NCBI RefSeq assembly: GCF_006345805.1 | Contig: NC_042998.1 | Span: forward strand, 94,054,001 to 94,118,000 | Direction: 5' to 3' | Length of the DNA: 64,000 bases | DNA from: Octopus sinensis | Taxonomy: Eukaryota | Part shown: positions 50,707 to 64,000 of the stretch, piece by piece | Numbering within the stretch: position 1 is the stretch's first letter | Layout: each line of letters begins with the position of its first letter | Translations under genes and position numbers: made by a program | Notes under the pieces: generated by a model | Told to the model about the DNA's origin: nothing | What the model saw: the letters and a program-made list of their open reading frames with translations, nothing else | The model's database searches: none

Positions 50707-50841
50707 TATATCTGTATATATCCTAGTGGACAGCAGTATGGTAGATAAGACAATTAAAACAATGGAAACCAGGAAAGCCCCAGGTGCATCCAAAATCACA
50801 GCTGAGGTGCTCAAAATATCCAGTGTATGTGTGTGTGTGTG

Positions 50842-50905
<64 letters not shown>

Positions 50906-51440
50906 CAATTAGAAGTTAAATTAGCCTCATTAAAGGATGGTATCATCCAATGAATTGCTGGTTTAATACCTAATATTTGTTGTGAATGATATTATTCATA
51001 AAACAATAGGTTTATATATAAATCATGGTTTATAATCATTCAAAAGAAAGTAAGAAAATGGAGATATAATATTTAATAAAAATTTATCATCTGCAAACAT
51101 CAAGCATGGTCCCTTACAGCTGTTTCAATTAAGTCTAAAAGATTAAATAGTAATTAATAAAATCATTATATTAGGCAAGATCTCTTCAGAGGGACAGAAA
51201 AAAGATATACCATTAGGTTTTTAAGTATTGTATTTTAAAATCATCACAGCAGATATATCTGTATATATCCTAGTGGACAGCAGTATGGTAGATAAGACAA
51301 TTAAAACCATGGAAACCAGGAAAGCCCCAGGTGCATCCAAAATCACAGCCGAGGTACTCAAAATATCCAGTAAGGTAGAGTACAGACTAGTTAGCCACAT
51401 AGTTAATCAGGTCATTCAGGAAGGTGTAATATCCAAGGAC
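50707..51440 (+). pseudogene. RTE ORF2 fragment with a local ~118-bp duplication
   Basis: VDSSMVDKTIKTMETRKAPGASKITAEVLKISS occurs at ~50707-50824 and ~51252-51370. The second copy continues to VNQVIQEGVISKDW. Confidence 0.85.
51109..51195 (-). ncRNA. Type I hammerhead ribozyme, helix II decayed
   Basis: Minus strand: GTCCCT-CTGAAGA-...-GAAAC-AGCT-GTA-AGGGAC. Perfect 6-bp helix I, but weak helix II pairing. Confidence 0.65.
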
Positions 51441-53599
51441 TGGCTTCTTCAAGTTTTCATCTATCAAATTCCCTTACAGCACTTTGATCAGCCCAAGGCT
51501 ATGGTAGAAAACACTTGCCCAAGGTGCCAAGCAGAGGGACTGAACCAAAAACCACATGGTTGTAAAGATAGATTCTTAACCACACAACAATGCCTGTACC
51601 AAAAGAACACATTGTGAGCAGAGCATACAGATTGAACTTATGCCCTGCAGAATAAGGAATTTTATAACAAAGAGCGCAAACTTCTTAGTCATACAGCTGT
51701 GCCTATGCCTCAAGATGAGGATGATGATAATGACAGTGGTAGTGGTGGTAGTGGTGGTAGTGGTGGTGATGATGGTGATGATAGCAATGACTATGATTAT
51801 GATTATGACAATGATGATGTTGATGATAGTTATGATGATGAAAGTTAATTGTTTTCAAAGAAAATAAATACAAACATCTTTTCCTTTTTCTTCTATTTCT
51901 GTAAAGGGGCACACACATATTTTTGTTTTTTTGTCTTTTTTGCTTTGTTTTTTTTTCTTTGTGTGTGTGTGTTTTTTTTTTAGTCAGAAAATAAGGTAAG
52001 TAAATAAAGAATGACAATATCTCATTGTTGTAAAGCAAATACAAGGCTGTTAGATGTCTTCAAGCAACATTTCACCAGCAAAGACACCTCTGTAACTCAG
52101 CAGAGCTAAATATAATTCTTGTTTTCTTGTATGTAACCAGTAAAAGAGAGGGGGAGATATATATATAGAGAGAGAGAGGAGAGGAAGAGAGAGAAAGAGA
52201 AGAGAGGAAGAGAGAGAGAGAGAGGAGAGGAAGAGAGAGAGAAATGTACTCCCTTTTATATTACACGTACAAACTTTTAGGGTGGAGCTAGTAATAAAGG
52301 AGTAAAACATGATTGAATCACTGAAGCAAAGTATAATCAGCTATGAAATACATTTCACGAAACATTTGATGTGATACAAGAGTTAACTGAAACTAACTTT
52401 TCACAAAAACATAGAAGACACTGTAACTTAATACCACAGATCATTTGGTTTATTGGTAACATGTGTAATCAGGGACATAGAATATCAAGTTTACTGTTTC
52501 AAGTTCTAAAGTTCTAGATCTCTTATATTGGCTAGAAGAGTGTCTATGTATAAAGTCGAAAAAATACCGAACAGTAAAAGTAATCTTTGGTAGTTTAATG
52601 GTTAGGATATTTGGTTAGTTACATGAAATACTGGGATTCAATCCCTCACTAATGAGTGTGTTTGATACACAGAATATATATATATATATATATATTCTTT
52701 TATTCTTTTACTTGTTTCTGTCATTTGACTGCAGCTATGCTGGAGCACTGCCTTTAGTCAAATGAATCAACTCCAGGACTTATTATTTGTTTCCTTATTA
52801 ACAAGTGATGTCATGGGATCTATCTGATCCTCCCACCAACACTTCACTCCTCCCTCTTTTATCCTTATCCTCCTAGTTCTTCCACGATCTTGAGGTATAT
52901 TCTTAAGGGTTCTCATAGATCTGCATAGACCCTATATTTTTCACCTATTGCACCCACCCACCTTGGTCATTTGGTATCAGCATTTATCATTCATTCTCAA
53001 TATGTATCCACCTCTTACTATTCATTACTCTCTCATGCTTATCTCTTCTTTAACTGGATTCCCAATAAACTGCATCCAGTACATTCTGTTATTATGGAGT
53101 TAAGAGGAAGCCCTCCATCTTTTACAAATCATAACAACTTTTCTAGTGCAGGTAGGTGTTGCAGAACATAAGTGTTCGCAATACTCTCATTAAAGTTGGT
53201 GAACTGGAAGAATTGTTAGCACGTCAGACAAAATGCTTAGCAGAAATTCTCTTGCTCTTTACATTCTGAGTTCAAATCCTACCGAGGTCAACTTTGCTTT
53301 TCATCCCTTAGTGGGTGGGTGGGGGGGTCAATAAAATAAAACACCAGACAAATACTGAGATCGATGTAATAAACTTGTACTCTCCCCTCAAAATTTCTGA
53401 CCCTGAGTCCTGCAATGGGCCTGTATCTCATTCAGGAGGAAATGTGATTTCAGTCACTTAAGTACCAAGGAAATCAGGTAACCTACCTGATGAGACCTAG
53501 GGGTCAAGAAAAAAAATGATAAAACTGATGAGAGAGGACTGCAGCAACAATCCATTCAATCCATGTCAACATAGAAAGCAGATGTAAATTATCATCATC

Positions 53600-54070
53600 G
53601 TCATCATCATCATTGTTTAACGTCCGCTTTCGATGCTGGTATGGGTTGGACAGTCAACTGGGGTCTGGGAAGCCAGGAGGCTGCACCAGGCTCCAATCTG
53701 ATCTGGCAAGATTTCTACAATTGGATGCCCTTCCTAACGCCAACCACTCCGAGAGTGCAATGGGTGCTTTTTATGTGCCACTGGTATGGGAGCCAATCAG
53801 GTGGCACTGGCATCGACCACACTTGAATGGTGCCTTTTATGTGCCACTGGCACAGGAGCCAGTCAGGTAGCACTAGCATCAACCACACTTGAATGATACT
53901 TTTTACGTGCCACCAGCACAGGAGCCAGTCAGGCGGCATTAGCAATGGCTATGCTCGAATAGATCTTTTTACATGCTACCAGCATGGGAGCCAGTTAGGC
54001 AGCACTGGCATCGACCATGCTCATATGGTGCATTTTGAGTGCCACCAGCATGGGAGCCAGTTTGGTGGAA
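53600..54070 (-). mobile_element. RTE 3' UTR/tail copy with ~59-bp tandem units
   Basis: (CAT)n tail, then about five units of GTGCCACTGGCAC..GGAGCCAGTCAGG..GCATCGACCAC. Confidence 0.82.
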
Positions 54071-56660
54071 TTGGATGATGATAATGATATTTATCAGGTT
54101 AATCACTAAATAAAAAATGACTGAGTTATAAGTGACAGATTCAGCAGTAAATGTGTGTGTGTGTTGCCTATTACACTTAGAATGAAATCAGCCTTCCATG
54201 TTCAGTGAATTTTGTAATACTCGATGATGTAATATACTTACATATATTACCTGTGGGCCAAGTTTGGTTAAGCTATCACAATGGTAACTTGTAATGAAGT
54301 GCATACCTGTGGAAAATCAACAGATAATAAATACTCAGTTTTATAGATAATCACTAATGGCAAACTGTACTGAAAGGCATTGATTTAAGATAATACATGT
54401 GCCTCTTTATCATTTATTGAATAGTAAAATATGTATGTATGTATGTATGTACACACATACACACACACACATATATATATGCATACATGCATGCATGTAT
54501 ATATACATACATATGTACGTATGTGTGTGTGTTGAAAATATCAAGGATCTGATGAATGAAAATTGATTGACTGTAATGGAAGAAATATAAACATTAAAAG
54601 CAAATCAAAATTGAATTAAAAACTGGATAAAATAAATCGTCTATACTTAAAGAAACAGGCATAAAATATGTAGTGAACGGAAAAGACCCTCTTAGAAAAT
54701 AAGAGGAAAAGAAAACAGTTGTATGCAATAAAATTTTTTTGAAAATTAAAATTTAATATAAGGGTGAACAGATATCACAAACAAGTACAAAAGGCATGAA
54801 AAAAATTGAAAATAAATATAAATGAGCTAACTGCCTGAGTGAGGGAGTTGCAGTCTTGTAAATGCATAGAAGCTAAGAAAAAAGTGAGGAGAAGAATAAA
54901 GAGGAGAGAAAGGAGGAAGGAAAGACCAAGGAAATTGATGGAAAAATAACAGTAGATGTGATGTAAGTTAACTTAAAAGATACTGGGTAGTTAAAACTGA
55001 ATGTGTCTAATATGGATAGCTATAAATAAGCTCAAGGGAGGAAGTAAGTAGAAAGCATACAATAGATAGAAAAGTTAGGTAGATAGAGAGTTAAAGACCA
55101 AACTATAAATATACAGACATAAGAAAAGCCATGGAATTAAATGGATGAATTTCAATTTCTAAATATACAAGGGCATAGAAAAGAAATATATATGCATAAG
55201 GATAGTAAAAAAAAATTCAATCTGATCAGTTCATGGTAGGAGTAATAATGGAATGTAATGTGATGAAATAAAATATGATATAACATGAAATAAGCAATAT
55301 AATAAACATGTGTGAAACATATCCTGGCTGATAAAAGTACGTATTAAAGGAAGAAAGTATAAAATACAATATTTATAAAATCATAAAGATTGAATACAAT
55401 GGTCAGAAGGAAATAATTCAGGATTACAAAAATGAATATTCTAAAGTGTAAAATCATGTCCAGTAAATTCTAAGTTATACCAAAAGTAGTAAATAACGTT
55501 ATTACCTCTCATTCAATGGCAAAAATTTTGAAATCAGAAATTTGGAAGGATGTCTATAACAGTTGGGAATTTCAGATTTCTGTCTCAGTGCAGATTAATC
55601 TAGAAATAGGATAAAATATCCTTCACTTAAGTACAACAGACATTTCATAGAATGGTGGTAGGATCCATCTGTAAGGGCTTACATTTGCCGTGGTTGACCA
55701 TTCAATTTCAAAAGGGGTAGAACCAGTTTCTCTTAACTGACATGCATGTTTAAAGAAACTCATTGATGGACTGTTTTCCAAGTATTTAAATGAATTCTAG
55801 CGTAAATAAGCTAAGCAAGAGGATTTTATAATTGAGTATCTAGGCATTTTTAAAAGGACAATAAGTATTAAAGAATCTTTAAAATAAACACTTTATGAAT
55901 GTGTGTGTGTGTGTGTGTAAATATATAATTTATATAAGTTTGATAAGTGCCAATGCATAAAACTCTCAGCCTCTGAGAGTTTTATAAAATGTATATACAC
56001 TTGTTTTGAGTTCTATTTTCTTATTTGCACCATCGTACCTCTGCATATTGTGTGTGTGTGTGCGCGCGCATACGCGTGTGTATGTACTCATGTAAAGTCA
56101 TATTTAAGACATTCAAGCGTATTTGGATACAAGAGACCTGAGAACATCTTCCACTGCAGAAATAGTCCAAAGAAAAAATTCTCCTTCTTGGCATATGTGA
56201 AAACTCATAATGGGCTGTAAATTGGGCTGGAAACATACTATATGCTGTTTTGATAAGAATAATTTCATTTTTACTGGGCTATGGCTGACAGATTGCATGC
56301 ACATAGCTGAAGAATTGAAATGATGCATGTGTCCTATGTCCCAGTGAATTCATTATAACTCAATGAAGAATTTTCTTCCAGGGCTGTTTCCAAAATGGAA
56401 GAGAGTTTTCACATCCAAATGCATTCAAATATGTTAAGTGTGACTTTAAACAAATATTCAATGCTGCTTCATGAGACAATATATGCATGTCATTATTCAG
56501 TTTATTTTAAGATTTCTTGCCAATAGAGAAAGAACCAGTTTCTAATCTAGATACAAGGCTGCTTCATTGGACTTTCAATATCAACAACAGGGTATTTTTA
56601 TTTGTATGTATGTATGTATGTATGTATGTATGTATGTATGTATGTATGTATGTATGTATG

Positions 56661-56744
<84 letters not shown>

Positions 56745-56781
56745 GTGTGTATATATATATATATATATATATGTATATACA

Positions 56782-57659
56782 CAGGGTGTAATGGGTAAAT
56801 TGTTACCATTTTATACTTTTAATTTTACTCATGTACATTGTTTGTTTTTGATTTTGTCAATACACAATATAGTAGGGTCAGTTGGGCACTGTCTGTGAGA
56901 AAAACAGCACCATGATGCAATTCACTCTGTCAGAAAATTGGAAACGAAATACTGTACTGTTTGCTATTTTTGCCGGAAGCTCCAATATGAACCTGTCAGA
57001 GTGTCTGGGTGTCAATCTGAGGACTGTGCAATCTTAGGACATGTACCGAGAATGATAAAAATCAAACATCCAGTCAACATCATGGTGTTTGGAGTGATCA
57101 TTATTTATGGTGATATTATGCCTCCATTCAACATGGAGGCCTACATCAAGTGCCTGGAGGAGGTAGTTCTGCCCTGGAACAAGAGGGTGACTGCTAAAAG
57201 ATTCTGGCAACAGGACTCAGCACCGTGCCACACAAGCAGGAGAACCCAGTCATGGCTGTCAGACAATTTCTGCAACCACAGCACCCCTAACATCTGGCCA
57301 CCTAACTCCCCAGAGTTAGGTGGCCAGATTTTAGGGGCAACCCCCTTAATTATTATGTGTGAGGTACAGTTGAGCAAAAGACCAACAAAACTCCCTGTAA
57401 CACCAAATATGAACTGAAGGTAAGGATTCTAGCAACATTCATCAACTTAATCAAGGAGACCATCTAGAAGAGTTGCAGGAGATTCCAAAGTCAACTGGTG
57501 GTCATGGTCAAAGCCAATGGTGATTTTATTGAATAAATTTACTGTTTAGTATTTCAAGATATTTTAATGTAATTATGATAAATGTATCTGTTAAAATGAG
57601 ATGTCAGTATTATTTTCATTTTTGCATAATTTAGATGACAGTTTATTACCCACACCCTG
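56782..57659 (+). mobile_element. maT-type (DD37D-family) non-autonomous transposon, 878 bp
   Basis: CAGGGTGT...CACCCTG ends with TA on the right. IKHPVNIMVFGVI, WQQDSAPCHTSRRTQSWLSDNF and WPPNSP motifs are present. Confidence 0.88.
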
Positions 57660-58554
57660 TAAGGAAGAGGGAGGGGCAAGTTAATTGCAATTTTTTATAA
57701 ATGCTTCATAATTCACAAAAGACGAATTGCCTTCAAGAATGTATTTTGTTTCATTTTTCAAAATTTCAATCAAATATATTTTGAACCTTAAAGTGGAAGT
57801 ATTGTTATGAAGGATTTCTTAAGCTTGTAATGCCTTTGGGAACTGGTATCATGACAATAATATAATTGAACAATATCCAACTTTATATTCAAACTGTTAT
57901 TAATATCTAAAATTATTTTTTAATAAACCTATCTTTTCAATGATAAATAATAGGGTTATGTGATTTTGATTGAATAATAAAAATAACTTGATTATTGCAA
58001 TAAATTTTCTTAGCAATCTATATGTGTGTGTTGTGTGTGTGTTTGTGTGCGTGTGTGTGTGTGTGTATACATAGATATATATGTACATATACACATATAC
58101 ACACACACATAGATATATGCATGTATATATATATACATACATATACATACATACACATATATACACACACACACATATATATGTGTGTGTGTGTGTGTGT
58201 ACAGACACATATTTGCATTTATGTTTACAAAATCTCAGTGCATGATTTAGAATTTATATTTTTGGGGAATCAGTTACTGATTCAGTCCATTGTTACTCAG
58301 TGTTTCATGCATTCTACTCATATTTCACTTGTGTAACACATATCTGAACACACACACACATACACACATATATATGAAGTGTACAGTATTATATATATCC
58401 ATTATGGCTGGTGTTACCCATCAGTTTCATACTAGGAGTTCGAGTGAGTGTTAGGTAACAGCCTAATTATGTAATTCTGTGCTGTTTACAGATGGCAGTT
58501 ATGGAATGAAATATGATGACTGCTTGCTATTGCTGAGGTGAACAGATACATCCG

Positions 58555-59295
58555 GACTTTGTTGCTGTGAAAAAAGAAGATGTGTTAGCACACCGGGCGA
58601 AGTGCTTAGTGGTATTTTGTCTGTCTTTGCATTCTAAGTTCAAATTCTGCTGAGGTCGACTTTGCCTTTCATCCTTTCAGGGTCAATAAATTAAGTATCA
58701 GTTGCGTACTGGGGTTGATGTAATCAACTGGCTCCCTTCCCAAAAATTTCAGCCTTTGTGCCTAGAGTAGAAAAGATTATTTCTCTTTTTGTCTTTTCTT
58801 CAGTATTTTTCCTTATGATAATAATGATGATGATATCTAATATTATTCTAAAGCAGTGAGCTGGCAGAATCAATACTGTGATGGGCAAAATGCTTAGCAG
58901 CATTTCAACTATTATTATGTTCGGAGTTCAACTTCTGCCAAGGTTGGTTTTGTCTTTCATCCTTTCGAGATCGATAAAATAAGTAATAGTTGAGCAGTTG
59001 GGTTGATGTAATTGACTACTCACCTCACCCCAAATTCCTAGCCTTGTGCCAAAACTTAAAACCAATATCAAATATTATTCTATGGTGGCAATGTTACAGA
59101 ATCAAAACTATGCCAAGCAGAATGCTTCATGGTATTTTGTCTGTCTTTAAACTCTGAGTTTGAATTCTGCTGAGGTCAGCTTTGCTTTTCATCCTTTCAG
59201 GATCAATAAAATAAGTACCAGTTGAGCACTGGGGCTGTAATTGACTTACCCACTGCCCCAAAACTGCTGGCCTCAAGCCAAAATTTAAAACCACT
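58555..59295 (+). mobile_element. Three head-to-tail diverged SINE family B copies
   Basis: Copies at ~58555-58775, ~58852-59065 and ~59085-59295, each with TTCAAATTCTGC..GAGGTCGACTTTGCCTTTCATCCTTTC. Confidence 0.8.
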
Positions 59296-60999
59296 ATCTA
59301 ATATCCATCATCATCATCATCATCTTTTAATGACTGCCTTCCATGCTGGCATGGGTTGGATGGTTTGACTGAGGACTGGCAAGCCAGTAGGCTGTGCCAG
59401 GCTCCAATCTGTTCTGGTAAGGTTTCTACAGCCCTTCCTAATGCTAACCACTCCAAAAACTCTTAGATCATCATCATTATCATTGTCATTGTTGTCATCA
59501 TCACCATCATCATCATCATCATCATCATTTGACATCCATTTTCCATGTTAGCATGGGTTGGATGGTTTGTCAGGATCAGCTTTGTCATGGTTCCTATAAC
59601 TGGACCCACTTCCTAATACCAACCATATTACAGTGTGTATTGTGTGCTTTTCCATACCACTGGTGTTAATGAGTTTGCCAACTAACTTGCACGATAAAAA
59701 AAAAAAAAAAAAAAAACCCTTTGATTAGGCACAAGGCCCGAAATTTTTGAGGAGTCAAAGTTGACCTCGGCGGAATTTGAACTTAGAACATAAAGACAGA
59801 CAAAATATCATTAAATTGAGATGGGACATTTTGCTATATCGGACATCAGTTTATAAAATGTTTATATATGGAGTTTAACCTGTTTTCTTATATGAAATAA
59901 TCTATGAATTATCTAATAATGATAAAAATAAACATTGTTAAACCAAAATTAAAAACAAAAGACCAGAATAGATTCAAGTACTAAATTTCCAATAAGAGGA
60001 TCAGTAAGTTACTCTGCAGTGTTAATGGTTCTTATACATCCAGTATCATTTCACAATGAAAATCTGAGAAGTCGTTTCATTGAGAATTCGTCACCATCTT
60101 TGTCATTGTCATCGTTGTCATCATCGTCGTCGTCGTTGTTGTGGTCATCATCATCATTTAATGTCCACTTTTCCATTCTTGCATGGGTCAGATGGGGAAT
60201 TTGATGAGATAGATTTTTCTACAGTTTGATGCTCTTCTTGTCACCAACCTTCACTGGTTTCCAAGCAATGATGATGATGATGCTAATTAAGATTTTTAAT
60301 AAGGTATCTAAATAAGTTTCTTTATTGGCCACACAGGGCTGCACACAGATGGGACAAAAATAGACAATATTGTGTTTCTAATTGATTTTCCAATATTTTC
60401 AAAGTCATAAATGTATGTTCAGTCAAACAATGAAGACAGAGAGAGAGAAAGAGAGAGAGTGAATGAAAGAGAGAAAGAGAGAGAGGCAGAGACAGACAGA
60501 CACTGGCCGGCAGGCAGGAAAACAGACAGAGCCAGAGACAGAGATGAAGAAAGAAGAGATCAACAGAGAGGAAGAAGAGCAGAGAAAAAATATTGACACC
60601 ACACAGCTGGACAGTGGTCTTCAACAATGCTTTGTTGACCATCAGAACGGAAAACAAAATTATTCCATTGACAGTAAGCACACAGGGTAGATTTACAACC
60701 TTGAATGGAAGATTGGAGTCCAGAAATTCACTTGACTTACGAACATGACATATATATTTTGCTGAAATATCAGTTTTGTTAAAATGAATAATTTCTTTCA
60801 AGGAAAAATAAAGGAAGTAGGTCAGAAGCCAGAAATTCCCAATTTGGTTGAAAAAAAAATAGTTTAGATATCAAAAAATCTGTTGACTGACAAGATTGCC
60901 TTTTCTGACAGGAAACAAACCATTTAATTCTTATTAAAGAATTTCACTATAAGAAACACAAGAAATTCATTAAAAGATGGATTTAATTATCATCATCAT

Positions 61000-61226
<227 letters not shown>

Positions 61227-61367
61227 GGTGCCTTAAATGTTCTCTTGTCAACAGAACGTCATTTCTTCAACTACACAAAAGGATCTTAATTTCTTCCAAA
61301 ATTCAATAACTCAGAGAAATCAAGATGTTTTCTACTTCTATAAAGTCAACATAGTCAGCTGAGAAAT

Positions 61368-61379
61368 TATCATCATCAA

Positions 61380-61429
<50 letters not shown>

Positions 61430-61489
61430 CCATTGTCATCATCATTGTCATCATCATCATCATCATCATCATCATTGCCGTCGTCGTCG

Positions 61490-61529
<40 letters not shown>

Positions 61530-61565
61530 TATCATCATCATTATCATCATTGTCATGTTCATTAT
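61368..61565. repeat. (CAT)n microsatellite
   Basis: Long, imperfect trinucleotide run. Confidence 0.95.
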
Positions 61566-61785
61566 CATTTTAATGCCCACAATGTCATATTTGCATGGAT
61601 CAAATAAGAATTCACTGAAACAGATTTTCCACAACCAGATTCCCTCCTTGTTGTCAACCCTCTCTTGTTTCCAAACAAAGTAATATTTCCAAATGATTGA
61701 ACATGTTTTCACAGAAGACTGACAATGAATGACACAACCTCTTTGATGATGCCAAGACAAGGAGGCATACACACACACACATGCA

Positions 61786-61823
<38 letters not shown>

Positions 61824-62199
61824 ATGGGATTCTTTTAGTTTTTGCCTATCAAATCCACTCACATAGCTCTGATTGATCCAAGGTTGTAGCAGAAGATGTC
61901 AGACAATGTAAATGTACCTGAAACCAGTGGCTGAGAAGCACATTTTTAATTCACAGAAGCATACCTGTGCCAAATGAAAATATTGGGGAAATGTTGACTT
62001 TAAGTGACAAAAAATTTGGGGAGAAGATGCTACAATCAGAGTCTCCAAAAGAAAGTTTATGAAGTGGAGCAAGACTGCTGCAAACTCTTAGATGAAGGAA
62101 GGGTCCATTCAGAAACCAAGCGTACTATAACATTTTTAGGGAGGAGCCTGGGAGTTTGTCATAGGTCCGTGCTTGGCTCTCCAGGTCCTGGACTTCCTT

Positions 62200-62620
62200 C
62201 TTCTAGACACTGGATATAATAAAGTTGAAGGAATGGTTGTCCAACCAGCCAGAGTGCTAATTCTCTCAATCATTGCCATGAAGGTGTTACTACATGGTAT
62301 TTTGTTTATAGAACAATTTACTCAACCCAAACTGGCAGCAAACCAACTTGATTATGCGCCTGCTCTTTCAGACAAATTAGTCAAAATATTTCTCCAAATC
62401 ATAAAATTATAATTTTGCTTCAACTTGGATAGTCTCCAAATTTGAACCTTATTGGAAAATTAATGGCAGATCAAGAAGTCAAAGTGAATTCGAGAACTTT
62501 TCAAAGCAGGGAATCTTTATCTGTAGTAGCTTCATGCAAAATGGTACAAACTAGAGAGCATATTAAAAATGTGCTGGTAGATTGTAACGAAGCTTCATTT
62601 ACAACCTTCCAACATACTCC
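62200..62620 (+). pseudogene. Possible old Tc1-like transposase remnant
   Basis: QLDYAPALSDKLVKIFL resembles QDNAPxH..K.VK.FL, and a frameshifted SPNLNLIGKLM resembles SPDLNPIENLW. Confidence 0.4.
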
Positions 62621-62964
62621 TAATATTTTACAAAGATGTCCTTTTCCTAAAAAAAGCACACTTCACTTCATAGCATACAAACATATTTTATATTTTTTTT
62701 ACTTTTGCATTTTCTGATAAAGACTATCATTTGTTTTCTTAGATGTTTTATTGTTGTTTTTTTTCCAGCTAATGCTAGAAGCAATACTTGTTAAATTTTT
62801 GTTATGAATAAATATGAATTCAAAACAGGATTTGATTTTGAAAAAAAGCTGAATGCTGGTTTCCCCCCCCCCCAAAAAAAATCAAGATTTTTGCAGATGT
62901 TCCGGCTTGTTTTTTTTTTTATCAAATGTATGTATGTATGTATGTATGTATGTATGTATGTATG

Positions 62965-63003
<39 letters not shown>

Positions 63004-63743
63004 CATTGTTCAGTTTTATTTCAAGATTTCTTGCCACTAGAGAAAGAACTAGTTTCTAACCTAGATCCAAGGTTCCTTCGTTGGAATTTCAACAGCAACA
63101 ACAGGTTATTTTTTTAAATATGTATGTATGTATATATGTATATGTGCAAATTTGTATGTTTTGTTTTATGTATGTATTCTCATGCATATAGTTGCATATG
63201 TATGTATGTACGTACGTATGTACATATGTATATGTGTACGTATGTATGCATGAATGTTTGTATGTATGAATATATGAATCTATTTATGTATGCATGCATA
63301 TATGTACGTACATATTTACATGTATGTATGTGTGTGTATGAATGTATGTATGAATGCATGCATGTATGTATGCATGTGTGCATATGTGTGTGTGTATGTA
63401 TGCATGTATGTATGCAAGTATGTAAGTATGTATGTTTTGTAAATACTTGAAGTTTTTTACCTTTGCAGAATTCAGACCAGTTGCAATCAACATGGCAAGG
63501 CTCTTTTGTTTAATTCAAGACAGTTCTTGGGATTTGTGGTTACCTGAATGGATTGATGTATGCATATATGAGTGCATGTTGTGAGCATGTATGTGCATGT
63601 GGATAAATTTGCTCTTGTGAGTATGTGTATCACAACAGAAAACAAGTGTGCACACTTCATTAATGTTTATGTGTATGAATGTGTAGCAGACGCTTAGTGA
63701 AATTCTCTTTCTCTCTCTCTGTTATATATAACATAAATACGGA

Positions 63744-64000
63744 TGTAGCAGATAACAGCTAGCCTTTGGCAGCTTGGACCCTGTTGTGTCCACTAATTTG
63801 ATTGGTTTGTTTTGGTGCGGTTTGTCTCTTGCTCTATTACGCGCCAATATGCAACCCAACCAATCTCAGCCTTCTGATAAGGTCCCGTGACACAGTCTTC
63901 TAAATCTCCATTGGAGCCTACTGGTCCCTATAAAAAGCTAGTTCAACACTGAGTCGAGGTCTTTGGGCTCTAGACCTTCTAAAGTCTAACCACTGACCAC
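63744..64000 (+). mobile_element. Possible LTR 5' portion (runs off the window)
   Basis: Starts TGTAG, has balanced GC and CCAAT motifs, and TATAAAA at 63929-63935. Confidence 0.25.

Noticed and set aside
53478-53520. CTGATGA-GACC(TAGG)GGTC hammerhead-like motif
   Set aside because: Extra AA before GAAA, and no helix III or helix I partner.

Overview
Eukaryotic, AT-rich, microsatellite- and transposon-saturated DNA, very probably from an octopus or other coleoid cephalopod. This assignment is an inference from the SINE/RTE repeat families and a divergent, expanded 18S fragment. No host protein-coding gene can be confidently called, and most ORF-track entries are translations of microsatellites. 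The window contains: four 5'-truncated RTE-clade LINE copies from two subfamilies, the youngest (42640-46412) with an uninterrupted ~690-codon RT frame carrying a PHD-type zinc finger inside the RT; a decayed full-length mariner (DD34D); two internally deleted maT (DD37D) copies, one with a nested hAT MITE; Tc1 remnants and two other MITEs; many tRNA-head SINEs and RTE-tail repeats; a Penelope-like (PLE) GIY-YIG remnant; and dispersed 18S and 28S rDNA fragments. The most interesting signals are (i) about 15 minimal type I hammerhead-ribozyme motifs with palindromic helix III, six with an intact core, some in a palindromic double-hammerhead element; (ii) an 18S 5' fragment fused to a full SINE and nested inside another SINE; (iii) repeated reiteration of RTE 3' UTRs; and (iv) several fold-back and tandem duplications, some probably assembly artefacts. 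All calls were made by eye, and repeat boundaries are approximate unless TIRs or TSDs are quoted.
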